From Eledone cirrhosa (taxonomy: Eukaryota): a DNA stretch of 64,000 nucleotides. Below, piece after piece: positions 1 to 10,392 of this stretch (the first letter of the stretch is position 1; the number at the start of each line of letters is the position of its first letter). Below the pieces are notes generated by a model. It saw only the letters and a list, made by a program, of their open reading frames with translations. It searched no databases and had not been told where the DNA came from. The stretch spans positions 88,350,001 through 88,414,000 of the forward strand of contig OZ024747.1 in the NCBI GenBank assembly GCA_964016885.1. The letters are read 5' to 3'. Both the position numbers and the translations under genes were made by a program.

Positions 1-45
1 ATTTACTTTTGTTACTCCTGATTCTACTCGGGAATATATATATAT

Positions 46-97
<52 letters not shown>

Positions 98-124
98 GTA
101 TGTGTGTGTTTATGTATATATGTA

Positions 125-157
<33 letters not shown>

Positions 158-220
158 TATAAATATACATATATGTATGTATATATGTAATATATATACA
201 TATATGTATGTATATATGTA

Positions 221-276
<56 letters not shown>

Positions 277-379
277 ATATATATAACAATGTTTAAGAGA
301 CTGTTTACATAATTGCAAACGAATCGAATATTATTATTAATATTCGAAAAACTGAGATTTACATTTCATATATATATAT

Positions 380-382
<3 letters not shown>

Positions 383-452
<70 letters not shown>
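383..452. repeat. (GA)n microsatellite
   Basis: Pure GA run, preceded by TA/CA-rich repeats at 33-285. Confidence 0.95.
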
Positions 453-455
<3 letters not shown>

Positions 456-956
456 AATTCTACTCATATATAGTGGCTTCATTATTTGTTCGGATAAATA
501 TGCTAAACCGATGTCACCAACCAACCAGCCCGCACACACAAATATATAATAAATGCGACTTCCTGTCTGTGTGTGGAAAAATAACTTTCTTGCTGCTGAT
601 GTCACCCATAGGAAATTACATAGTACATGGTATTAAGTCCAAGTCAGAAATTAAATTGCATTGATGCGAATCCAAATTATCGCCGTAACCAAAATTTCAA
701 CGTTACCTTATACACAATAAATTATATATATTTTATATATATATATATAAGTATGTATACGTACATACATATATGTATACAGACGTACAGTAGTATGTAT
801 ATATATATACATACATGCACATATATATATATATGTACTTATGGATTCACCGAACATTTATTATAATGCTCGGTGTGTTTGTAAACAAAAATCCCGAATT
901 AAGCCGTACAGTGTCTAGCAACCATCGTTGCTCATTTGTTCAACACTGACAAAGGA

Positions 957-999
957 ACGCTGTACTAGTTTCAAGCTTATTAGCTATCGTCAGCAACGT
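957..999 (-). ncRNA. Minimal type I hammerhead ribozyme
   Basis: Minus strand reads ACGTTG-CTGACGA-T-AGCT-AATA-AGCT-T-GAAA-CTAG-TA^-CAGCGT. It has a 6-bp stem I (one G-U), an intact core, a 4-bp stem II, a palindromic stem III (ACTAGT) and a GUA site. Confidence 0.8.
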
Positions 1000-1093
1000 A
1001 TACCTTCCTGCCAGATGATTGAACGTCTGAAAGTATATGCGCGGGAATATAGAAATAATCGGGCTGGATAGCCGATCGCGCGGTTAAACCATT

Positions 1094-1390
1094 GGGAGTG
1101 AAGGCCCCTTAGCCTTTGTCAGGGCATTCTTCTAGGAGAAGGCAACTCAGGAAACTAGGACAACTCCGACATAAAACCTGCAGCTCAGTAGTTACTGATG
1201 ATATTGATCTTTTCTTCTTTTCGAGTTATAGCTACTGTAGCTCAGAGAGTGGGATTGGCTCAGTGCACAGTCTTTCCTCACTTTAAAAATAATCTTCACG
1301 CACAGGCATTGCACGATGGCATTAATTGATAATTATTAATAATGTTATATCGTGCAATGGCCATACTCGATAACGAGGGGGCAGCCATCA
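1094..1390 (+). mobile_element. Non-autonomous RTE-derived element, family B (5'-truncated)
   Basis: The body aligns by eye with 13326-13522 (ccccttagcctttgtca, ttctaggagaagg, gagagtggga, gcacaggcattgc). Its last ~40 nt are identical to the RTE LINE tail at 15190-15230. Confidence 0.75.
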
Positions 1391-1926
1391 TATATGTATA
1401 TATGTATGTTTATATATATGTTTATATGTATGTACGTAACGACTGCATGGATGGTTGCGTTGACTGTGTGCTGGTTGATTGCCAGATAATTCGGTGGTTG
1501 GTGAACTGTTAATATCCACAAGCAAACAGATGCAACAGTGTATGAATAACAAATCATTGTATGCACCAATATGCATGGGACATTGACAACTGTCTATTTA
1601 TCTTGCACTAGAAGTCTTAGCATTTCCTGCGTGACTGATATTTTAAATCAACACTATACTATCAAGTACTTTACAAGCAGATAAAGCTTTAAATGGTGTA
1701 TTTACGACTCATTGAATTATTAAGAATTCATGCATCTTTAAAGTTCATAAATCATAAATCTTATTAAAGTTCACAAAGTTCATAAATCTTATTCTAATAG
1801 TTGTTTGGTGCCACAAATAGAGTTATTTTCTCGAGCGTTCATGAGGTTTCCATAAATGGATAATTGGCGGTATTGACAGCTGTTTAATTTAGCTTTCGCA
1901 GAAAAAGATATATAGAAATATACATA

Positions 1927-2056
1927 ATTGTTTCTACTTTTGGCACAAGGTCAGCAATTACCCAGTACATTACTGGTACTTTATTTTATCGACCCCGTAA
2001 GGATGAAAGGCAAAGTTAACCTCGGCGGAATTTGAACTCAGATCATAAAGGGACGT
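1927..2056 (-). mobile_element. tRNA-derived SINE family 1, partial
   Basis: Shares ttgtttctacttttggcacaagg...ggatgaaaggcaaagttaacctcggcggaatttgaactcag with many other copies. Confidence 0.85.
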
Positions 2057-2678
2057 ATATACATAATGACTTTCTAAGTGTGTGGTTTGAAAAAGCTTAC
2101 GTTATGAAAGGTATATATTTATTGCTGTTATGATCTAAGTACATGTTTTCAATTAGGTTGAAAATTTAACACAGAACACCTAATTTGCAACAAAGCTTTA
2201 ATTGTAAAATATTCTCTCACTGTATAAATTGATTATTTAAATGAAATATTTTCGAGAAAGAAACTGCCTAAACGATAGTTTAAAATTTAATTATGTATAG
2301 AAGGCAACAAGTGAAATTCAATTTTATATAAAAGTGATACAAAAATATTGAGCGGTTCATTTTAGCTTATATAAAACATGACAATTATTTTCTAATTAAA
2401 CCAAACAAGGAATTTTAATTAACAGTCTTTTCGCAATTCTTTTATTGTATTTATAACTTATTTACATACAAATTACAGCGAAATTATATATTTTCCAAAA
2501 TTCCTCACGCAACGCCCAATAACTTCACAGCTGTTTAAAAACGATAGGAATATTACACATACTTCTAGCATGTTATTAACACAACAAAGATTGAACTAGT
2601 GAAGCGATAAAATGGGCAAATGAATCTTTCTTTTATTCCGTGTAAAGGCTGATAACGACGAAGAAGTGGAATACAAAT

Positions 2679-2870
2679 AATTGTTTCTACTTTTGGCACA
2701 AGGCCAGCAATTATCCCAGTGTATTACTGATACTTTATTTTATCGACCCCGTAAGGATGAAAGGCAAAGTTAACCTCGGCGGGATTTCAACTCAGACCAT
2801 AAAGGGCCGTAACGCTTTGCTGCAAAGCATGGCGTCCGACCTTCTACCGATACTGCTAATTCACCGCCCT
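2679..2870 (-). mobile_element. tRNA-derived SINE family 1
   Basis: Full copy. The minus strand has A-box-like and B-box-like motifs, then the gcctttcatccttacggggtcgataaaata core and an (ATT)n-type tail. Confidence 0.85.
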
Positions 2871-3649
2871 ATTTGGAATACAAAGAATGAAAATCGCTTA
2901 GAAAGTATGATAGAGGTAAGAAACCGTAATACACTTTTCACCACTCTTAAAATGGAATCAGCAATCTGTATTTTGCCTTTATGAGAATTTAGCGTAGAAC
3001 CGTATAAACATTTCGCACATGAGAGAATGAAAACCCTTTTCGGGGAAGTGAAATTTCTAAACAGTAAAAATATTAAATTATTTGATAACCCGGAAATCTT
3101 TCAAATGACATAGTGTTTTTTCTGCAGTTGAAATTCGCATGGAAATAATTTAACGACAAGATAAAAAAAAAAAATCCCTGCGCAGTCATTTAACCTGCTG
3201 ATGCATAAACAAATTTTCCTATTATTTTAAAATTGTCATGTTTAAATTGAAATTGAGAAGCTAAAAAAGTCCACATTAAAATGCACAGGAAAACGAAATC
3301 TTTAAATGATATGGGCCGACGAAGCTGCTTCTACATGGTTGATCGACTGAGTAGACAAAAAAACCTCTATTGGGTTACTCGAGGATGTGAAAAATTACTG
3401 TGAAATTCAACTCAAACCACACTCCCCTATTTGATAATACAAAAGACACATTGGATAATGTAGTGCTGAATACATTGTATACAAATAAAATAGGATAGTC
3501 GTGGATCAAATGATTTGATTATAGATATGGCTGAACAGAGCTGGCTGGAACTAAATGGCAACCAATTAAATGTTCATGTATCGTCTTTTACCAATTCAAT
3601 TATTATTCAAGTTATTTGCCCAATAGACCCTTTGAATAATTCTTCTTAC

Positions 3650-3836
3650 AATTGTTTCTACTTTAGGCACAAGGCCAGCAATTTGAAGGGGAGGGGAGAG
3701 TGCTTACTGGTACTTTATTTTACCGACCCCATAAAGATGAAAGGCAAAGTTAACCTCGGCGGCATTTGAAATAAGAATGTAAAGGGCCGTAATTCTATAC
3801 CGTAAAACATTTGGTCTGACGCCCTACCGATTCTGT
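3650..3836 (-). mobile_element. tRNA-derived SINE family 1
   Basis: Matches the same family consensus. Confidence 0.8.
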
Positions 3837-3895
3837 CATAATATTCAATCGAAAGGGGCTGGCTCCGAATATATCAATGAGCCTATTTCTACTAA

Positions 3896-3943
<48 letters not shown>
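3896..3943. repeat. (TCTA)n tract, 5' flank of the Tx1 element
   Basis: Pure ATCT repeats directly abutting the LINE 5' UTR. Confidence 0.95.
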
Positions 3944-4158
3944 CTGGGATGGACACACGCGTATAACTTGCTGAGTAAGTTCTGTTTAAATTTCTATAGA
4001 AATTCTTGTCTGATAACTTTAATTTTTGTACCATTTTGTAGAGGGACTGCCAGGTCAAACTTTGATCTGGTCAGTCTCTCAAAATATTCTACGCCTTTAG
4101 GCGAAATAGTTAAACAAAAAAAAAGTTTTTTCTTGTTGAAAAGTCAATATTTTTTTAA

Positions 4159-5937
4159 ATGGCCGAAGCTTCTTCACCAAAATTCGAAGGAGGAAAGGGG
4201 AAGATGAACTTACAGCTTCCCCCTGCCACTGTCACAGTAGCAGAGGTCAAGAAGAAAGGTCAGCCAGAGGAAGAATTCTCTCCACCTGTTAACCGACAAC
4301 TTGACGTTGCCATGGTAACAACTCAAAGAACCAGCGGCAACAGCAACAACAACAATGCGACGGACGAAAACAACACCAATAACAATAACAACAACAAGAC
4401 CAATAACGGTGACAACAACAACAATGATAACAACAACACCACCAACGACAACAACAACACAAACAAACAAAATTTCTCCTTCGCCGAGACGACAAGGAAA
4501 ACCCTCGACTATCTGCCAGTAGATATAACAAAAGCGAAGGAGCTACTGGCGGATGCGAAAAAATATATAGTGTACGGGGAAAATGGTTCATTCACAATCC
4601 ATTCCCCCCCGGAACTAAAAAGCCAGAGACTCCTAAACACGGTCATGTTTAGGACAATCTCGAACAAAAGTAAAAAACCAGCTCAACCATCACAGAGCGA
4701 GATAGAGCTGGTTTTAAAAGACGTCATGAAGGACATCACCTTCATTCAGAAGGATAGACTCTACGGGAGTCTATCCATTCTCATGAAGGACAGGGACACA
4801 GCAGTGAAACTGTCCATCAAACCAATCACATCCACCGCATACACCTTCTACCCTACGTACATGGGTAGAAGAACACAAAAAATAAAAATCCACACCATCC
4901 TGCCGATTATGGACATATGGTGGGTTTTGACAGGTTTTCTGGACCTGGAGGATGACATGCTGGTGTCCATGGGAAAGGCATCGGGTGACGCGTTCAGTGG
5001 AACGAGCCTCGAACTTGTAGTTCAAATGAGGCCCGAAAGGATCGCCCAGATCCCTGAACGCGTCATACTGGATGATCTAACCTTCATCAACATTACCGTT
5101 GAGGGTAGACGGCCCTCGTGTTACCTCTGCGGAACCAGAGGTCACCTGAGGGCTGTCTGTCCCCAACTTAATAAGAAAACCCCAATCCTGCCTACACCAC
5201 CAACAGCTGCACAACCAACACAATCACCACAACTACCACTACAAAAACAACCACCACAGCTCAAACCAAAACAAAACAATGTCCAACCCATCCCCTCCAC
5301 TCAAAAAACAAAAACAATTTCCAAAACACCCGTACCGCAAACACAACCTGAAAATTTACCCCTCCCCTCCAACGCGGAAGATGACCCTAGTTCGTCGTCA
5401 GACGAGGAGGAGCACTTCCACACAATCAAAAGAAAAAAAAGAAAACACACCTCAGACACACAAATGAAAAAAAACCCTCCCCAAAACATAACACTGACAC
5501 CAACACAAAAGAGCTCACAACAGCAAACAAAAAACACCACACAAAAACAAAAACATGCATACACATACATAAATACAAGAAACAAAAAACTGTTAAACAT
5601 TGTGTACAACAACAATCTAATAAAAACACAAGGGCCTAACTTCACCCAGGCAGGGGATTTCCCCCACCTCAAAATGATTAAGGCCCCACAAGACACCTAT
5701 AAAACTTTAAAAAACAATTTTAAAGAGGACGTGGGTCCCCCCTGCGTCGGGCCCATTAACCGCGTCCTCCTAAAAAACTATCCCACCCCCTCCCCAAACA
5801 CCCACACAACTCCAAGCTCCCCAACCACACAACACACTGATGCCCCCACACTTCCACAAACCACCACCCCACCCAACAACCCATCCCCCACCCTAATGGA
5901 AATTGTGCAGCCCGATACCCGGGACGCAGAGAGGTAA
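4159..5937 (+). CDS. Tx1 ORF1, gag-like nucleic-acid-binding protein (592 aa)
   Basis: CCHC knuckle CYLCGTRGHLRAVC, an Asn-rich (AAC)n segment, a P/Q/T/K-rich C-terminal half and a basic KRKKRK patch. Lies directly upstream of an APE-RT ORF. Confidence 0.85.
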   Translation: MAEASSPKFEGGKGKMNLQLPPATVTVAEVKKKGQPEEEFSPPVNRQLDVAMVTTQRTSGNSNNNNATDENNTNNNNNNKTNNGDNNNNDNNNTTNDNNNTNKQNFSFAETTRKTLDYLPVDITKAKELLADAKKYIVYGENGSFTIHSPPELKSQRLLNTVMFRTISNKSKKPAQPSQSEIELVLKDVMKDITFIQKDRLYGSLSILMKDRDTAVKLSIKPITSTAYTFYPTYMGRRTQKIKIHTILPIMDIWWVLTGFLDLEDDMLVSMGKASGDAFSGTSLELVVQMRPERIAQIPERVILDDLTFINITVEGRRPSCYLCGTRGHLRAVCPQLNKKTPILPTPPTAAQPTQSPQLPLQKQPPQLKPKQNNVQPIPSTQKTKTISKTPVPQTQPENLPLPSNAEDDPSSSSDEEEHFHTIKRKKRKHTSDTQMKKNPPQNITLTPTQKSSQQQTKNTTQKQKHAYTYINTRNKKLLNIVYNNNLIKTQGPNFTQAGDFPHLKMIKAPQDTYKTLKNNFKEDVGPPCVGPINRVLLKNYPTPSPNTHTTPSSPTTQHTDAPTLPQTTTPPNNPSPTLMEIVQPDTRDAER

Positions 5938-5961
5938 GTGCCTTTTCTCTTCACCACCAAC

Positions 5962-8900
5962 ATGGCTATGCTAAGAGTAGGCTGTTTAAACGCGCGTGGC
6001 CTGGGCTCAACTTGGAAGCAAGCAATGCTTCTAAATGACCTCAGGTCACAACGTATAGATGTGATGGTTATTTGCGAGGCCCGGATCAGCAACGTGCGAC
6101 AGCTGGCCCCCACCTTTGATGACTTTGAGATGCACGCATCTCTCTGTCAGCCCGGAGGTGGGGGTGGAGTTGTCGTTCTGCTGCAAAAACATCTGGGTCT
6201 CGCAACACAGATGGTACATTTGGACCCGGAGGGTCGACTAGTGGTTCTGGACCTTGGCAGTGGTAAAGGCGGAGCGTTTAGGTTGGTAGCCGCCTACGGC
6301 CCTTTCGGGTCAATGCGGCCGGACTTCTTCCATCGTCTGGAGACTTTTCTAGGGACGTCCCGCTCCTTGCTATTAGTGGGGGACTGGAATGGTATCCTAG
6401 ATGCACGCTGGGACTACGTAGGGGCCTGCCCCGATAGAGAGGGGTGTAATAGCCTCAAAGGGTTAATCGGTCGATTTGACCTGGCCGATAGATATCGACT
6501 AGATTTTCCGACTGCGCCAACCTGGACTTGGGCAAATCGTAGCGGATCATCTAGGTCGTACCTAGATAGGTTCTTAGTTAGAATTAAGGATAAGGACTTT
6601 TTAAGTTGTCCAAAAATGCGCATTGTTGGCTATTCAGACCACAAATTAGTGACCTGCATGGTCAACCTTGACAGAACTCATAGACAGGGCCCCGGTTACT
6701 GGAAGCTCAACTTGTCCTTGCCGGCAAGTAGAGCCTACAGGAATCGGATTAGTACGTTAGTTAAGGAACGGTTGACTGGAGCGATCGTCAACAGCAGGTG
6801 GTGGGTATCTCTAAAGAGAGAGATTAGAGTAGTCTCGATAGAATTTAGTAAGGTTCTAGCTGCGGATAGGAATAGGAAGGAAAGGGAGCTAATAGATAGA
6901 GTAGAAGAGGCAATTAGAAGCGGCGACGTGGCCAGAGTGCTAGCGTCGAGAACGGCTTTGAGCCAGTTTTTCGACGCGAAGCACGAAGGCTGCGTTGTCC
7001 GAAGTAAAATACGTGCTCTAGGGAACGAGGGGACCAAAGCTGTTAGCTGGGCCCGCGTGACAGAGGCCAACAGTGGAACTAAATCCACCATCCGGTCTTT
7101 GCGAGACCTGGATGGACGGGCGATTCTTGAGCCTAAGCAGATGTGTGAGGCCTTTCAAAGGCACTTTGCCCGACTGTTCGGGAGGGGCGGGGAGCCGGTT
7201 GGGAACGTGGACTTCGGTCCATACCTCGACGGCCTGCCGCGCCTCTCGGACAGGGAGGCGAAGTCCTGCGAAGAGCCGATTTCGGCCGCTGAGATAGAGG
7301 ACGTGCTGAGCCAATGCGGCAAACGCAAATCCCCGGGTCTCGATGGTCTTCCTTACGAATTATATCTAGCTATGCCGGACTTGTTCCCCGATCTCCTCGA
7401 GGCGGTCTACTGCAACTGGCAACAGAACGGGAGAATTCCCTGTACTGTGACCAAGGGCGTAGTCACGCTAGTGAGGAAGGACGAGAACAAGGGGGACGAA
7501 ATAAGTAACTTCAGGCCCATAACACTGCTAAATACAGAGTTACAGATTTTGGCCAAGGTGCTAGCAAAGAGGTTGGCGCTTGTCGTGGGCAACCTGGTGG
7601 GAGATGCGCAGACATGCGCTATCCCGTCCAGGTCCATCCATGACAACCTCCACCTCATGCGATACATCATAGAGAGGGTTGGGAACGAACCCGGCTTTGG
7701 TGGGGCTCTGATCAACTTGGATCAATCTAAGGCGTTCGATAGGGTCGACCATGGTTACCTGGATGCGGTGCTAGCGGCGGCAGGCTTCGGACCCGTTTTC
7801 AGGGGCTGGATCACTGCTATGCACAGCAGCCGCATCTGCTCTAGGGTCAAGGTGAACGGCTACCTCTCGGAGCCGTTCAAAATCGCGCGGTCCATCCGAC
7901 AAGGGTGCCCTCTCTCCTCCCTTCTGTATGTGTTGACTCTCGAGCCACTACTGCGGAAGTTGGAGTTGTTGCAGGGCATCCCTTTGGAACCGGGATTGCG
8001 GAAAGCGGTGTCGGCCTACGCCGATGACGTGACAGTAATGGTGTCGACGGCCTCCGAAATCGAGGCGGTCGGCACCTTACTGGAGGAGTACGAAAAGTTC
8101 ACAGGGGCTAAGCTGAACCGGGACAAGTCGATCGGTTTGCAACTCGGCACGTGGAGGGGCAGACCGATGCCCTCCGATAGCGTCGTCGGACGCTGGACGG
8201 AGGGCCCGGTGAAGTTGCTCGGGGTCTGGTTCGGACCGGACCTCCAGGTGGAGAAAAACTGGGCGGAGGTTACGAACAGGGTGTTTGCACTGACCCAGAA
8301 GTGGGCCAGTTGCAAACTATCCCTGAAAGGCCGGGCGGAGGTGGCGAACACCTACATAGCGTCCGTCATCTACTACCGCCTGACCGTAGTGCCCTGCCCA
8401 AGGGAAACCCTCACCAAGATGGAGCGCGCGCTCTTCCAATTCCTTTGGAAGAGGCGGGCTCCTATGGTGAGGAGATCCATCTGCTGTCAACACCCTTCGA
8501 AAGGAGGGCTGGGGATGCCGTGGCTAATGATGCGTAAACACGCATTAAGGCTACGGCACCTCTACGTATTCCTCACCGGACAACCGGTGTGGGCCTCGTT
8601 TGTGAGACGAACCTTTCCCAGACTCGTCTCACTCACCGAGCTGCAATCCTGGGTCAAGCAAAGACCGAGAAAACTGGGCGCCTGGCACACTGAGTGTGCC
8701 CAGGCGCTCACCGCCCTCTGGCAGGCGGATCCGGTTATCAGTGGAGACTCCACCGCAACATTCTATAGAGGGCTAGTACGCAGCAGGTGCGACGACGCCC
8801 TCGGAGAAGCCCTAGACATGGAGGAGGACGAACTGGCCAGCCTGTTCGGTAGGACATTCAGCCCGGGACCTATGGACAACTTCCAGAAGTCCCTGGCCTG

Positions 8901-9399
8901 GCAGTGCTACCGAGGGGCTTTACCCGTTCGAGAAAGGCTCTACAGACACGGGCGCCCGGGTAGGGACCCCGCCAAAAAGATCTGTCCCAGATGCGTGTGC
9001 GACGAGGAAACCGTTGCACACGCATTAGTACACTGCTCGGGCGTAGCCGATCTGTGGGGCTATGTCGAACAACTGCTGTCAAGGGTGGGACCGATCCGGT
9101 TGACCACCGAGTCTATTGTAATGATCAAGCCGCCTCCCCCCTTCAAAGATGAAGCAGAGGCGGTGTTTCTGTGCGTAATAGCCATGGCGAAAGAGGTTGT
9201 ATGGTGGACGCGTCTGAAAGGACTGAGGTCGGGCACCTTTCTCTCTGGCCAACAACTGGTCCGTTTCTTCCGATATCATTTCGGAAGAAGGATCAGGATG
9301 GAGAGAGAGGTGCTGCACCCCAGCCGTTTCTATGAAAGATGGGTGAAAGTGGCGAGAATGGCCCGTGTGAATGGGCCTTCACTCTACATCAGACTATAG
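5962..9399 (+). CDS. Tx1 ORF2: APE endonuclease, reverse transcriptase, C-terminal CCHC
   Basis: APE motifs CLNARGL, GDWN, YLDRF, SDH and GPGYWKLN. RT motifs KSPGLDG, FRPITLLN, DQSKAFDRVDH, IRQGCPLS and YADD. C-terminal CPRC..EETVAHALVHC. First ATG is at 5962; the frame is open from 5938. Confidence 0.93.
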   Translation: MAMLRVGCLNARGLGSTWKQAMLLNDLRSQRIDVMVICEARISNVRQLAPTFDDFEMHASLCQPGGGGGVVVLLQKHLGLATQMVHLDPEGRLVVLDLGSGKGGAFRLVAAYGPFGSMRPDFFHRLETFLGTSRSLLLVGDWNGILDARWDYVGACPDREGCNSLKGLIGRFDLADRYRLDFPTAPTWTWANRSGSSRSYLDRFLVRIKDKDFLSCPKMRIVGYSDHKLVTCMVNLDRTHRQGPGYWKLNLSLPASRAYRNRISTLVKERLTGAIVNSRWWVSLKREIRVVSIEFSKVLAADRNRKERELIDRVEEAIRSGDVARVLASRTALSQFFDAKHEGCVVRSKIRALGNEGTKAVSWARVTEANSGTKSTIRSLRDLDGRAILEPKQMCEAFQRHFARLFGRGGEPVGNVDFGPYLDGLPRLSDREAKSCEEPISAAEIEDVLSQCGKRKSPGLDGLPYELYLAMPDLFPDLLEAVYCNWQQNGRIPCTVTKGVVTLVRKDENKGDEISNFRPITLLNTELQILAKVLAKRLALVVGNLVGDAQTCAIPSRSIHDNLHLMRYIIERVGNEPGFGGALINLDQSKAFDRVDHGYLDAVLAAAGFGPVFRGWITAMHSSRICSRVKVNGYLSEPFKIARSIRQGCPLSSLLYVLTLEPLLRKLELLQGIPLEPGLRKAVSAYADDVTVMVSTASEIEAVGTLLEEYEKFTGAKLNRDKSIGLQLGTWRGRPMPSDSVVGRWTEGPVKLLGVWFGPDLQVEKNWAEVTNRVFALTQKWASCKLSLKGRAEVANTYIASVIYYRLTVVPCPRETLTKMERALFQFLWKRRAPMVRRSICCQHPSKGGLGMPWLMMRKHALRLRHLYVFLTGQPVWASFVRRTFPRLVSLTELQSWVKQRPRKLGAWHTECAQALTALWQADPVISGDSTATFYRGLVRSRCDDALGEALDMEEDELASLFGRTFSPGPMDNFQKSLAWQCYRGALPVRERLYRHGRPGRDPAKKICPRCVCDEETVAHALVHCSGVADLWGYVEQLLSRVGPIRLTTESIVMIKPPPPFKDEAEAVFLCVIAMAKEVVWWTRLKGLRSGTFLSGQQLVRFFRYHFGRRIRMEREVLHPSRFYERWVKVARMARVNGPSLYIRL

Positions 9400-9660
9400 G
9401 TGAGGAAGATGAAAGACCAAGGGAGCACCCCTTCTCTGTGCTCCTGAGGAGAAGGGTTGCACACTTTTTTCGGGGGTGTGTGCGACCCCCCAAGGCGCCT
9501 CCTCTCTATTGAGGATTTTGTTAAAAATTTTATTTTTTGTTATATCTTATTTTATTTTTATATTTTGTTATTGCCTCCTCCTTATTGAGGACGCCTTTTT
9601 GTGTAAACTCCCCCCTTTGTACTTGTCCCACTTTTGATGCCCTAGTGGCAAATAAAAGAA

Positions 9661-9663
9661 ATA

Positions 9664-9718
<55 letters not shown>

Positions 9719-9722
9719 TTCT
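9661..9722. repeat. (TCTA)n tract, 3' flank of the Tx1 element
   Basis: ATCT repeats on the same strand as the 5' flank. Confidence 0.95.
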
Positions 9723-10392
9723 ATATATATATTGTCAGCACTTCTACTATGGTTAGCTCGCATATGCGTTCAAACCAGCCCTTGTTGAGTGAATAATTTG
9801 AGAGCAGACAGACTATGGAAAATAGTTTTCCTACTTTTCCTATCGTCCTGTTAAATATTATATATATATATATATATATAATGGATATTTCAATTTTTCT
9901 CTGAATAATGTATAGTGGATGAAATGCCTTTCAGTAGTCAAATCTACTAAGCACTTTAAAACTTCCCCGTTAGCACTTCCTTTTGTAATGTGAAACTTGG
10001 TGTTAGAATTTGACCGATATAGAAAACTATTATACTAAATGCAATACAGCAGTTAGTTTCGTCTTTCAATATTCCAAACAAAATGTTCTTCCTTGCTAAA
10101 TAAACTATATAGCATTACTTCTCTGAGGTTAATTCTGACGACTTATACACACCACGACAAATTTATTGAGTTGTGTTAAAACTGGTGTCAAATATTTCTC
10201 GTTATCATTAGCCGGGAACATTCATCAACAGAAGCTTGTCTATTTAGTTAACTAGAGAGGTGATTCATCACCCCTATAGACTGATTTACTATATGGTCAA
10301 CACTTCCTTCTCTCAAACAAAACATATACAAACACAGAAACGCGGACACAGATATGTATGTATGTTATCTCTTTCTCTTAATTTCGTGTATA

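Larger units (their letters stand above)
3944..9660 (+). mobile_element. Full-length Tx1-clade non-LTR retrotransposon
   Basis: 5' UTR, two uninterrupted ORFs and a 3' UTR with AATAAA at 9651-9656. Flanked on both sides by (TCTA)n. Confidence 0.9.

Noticed and set aside
6414-9318. Short antisense and alternate-frame ORFs inside Tx1 ORF2
   Set aside because: By-products of a GC-rich coding region; no recognisable motifs.
3845-9790. Weak inverted similarity of the sequences outside the Tx1 flanks (aaggggctgg versus ccagccctt)
   Set aside because: Too short and gapped to distinguish from chance without alignment statistics.
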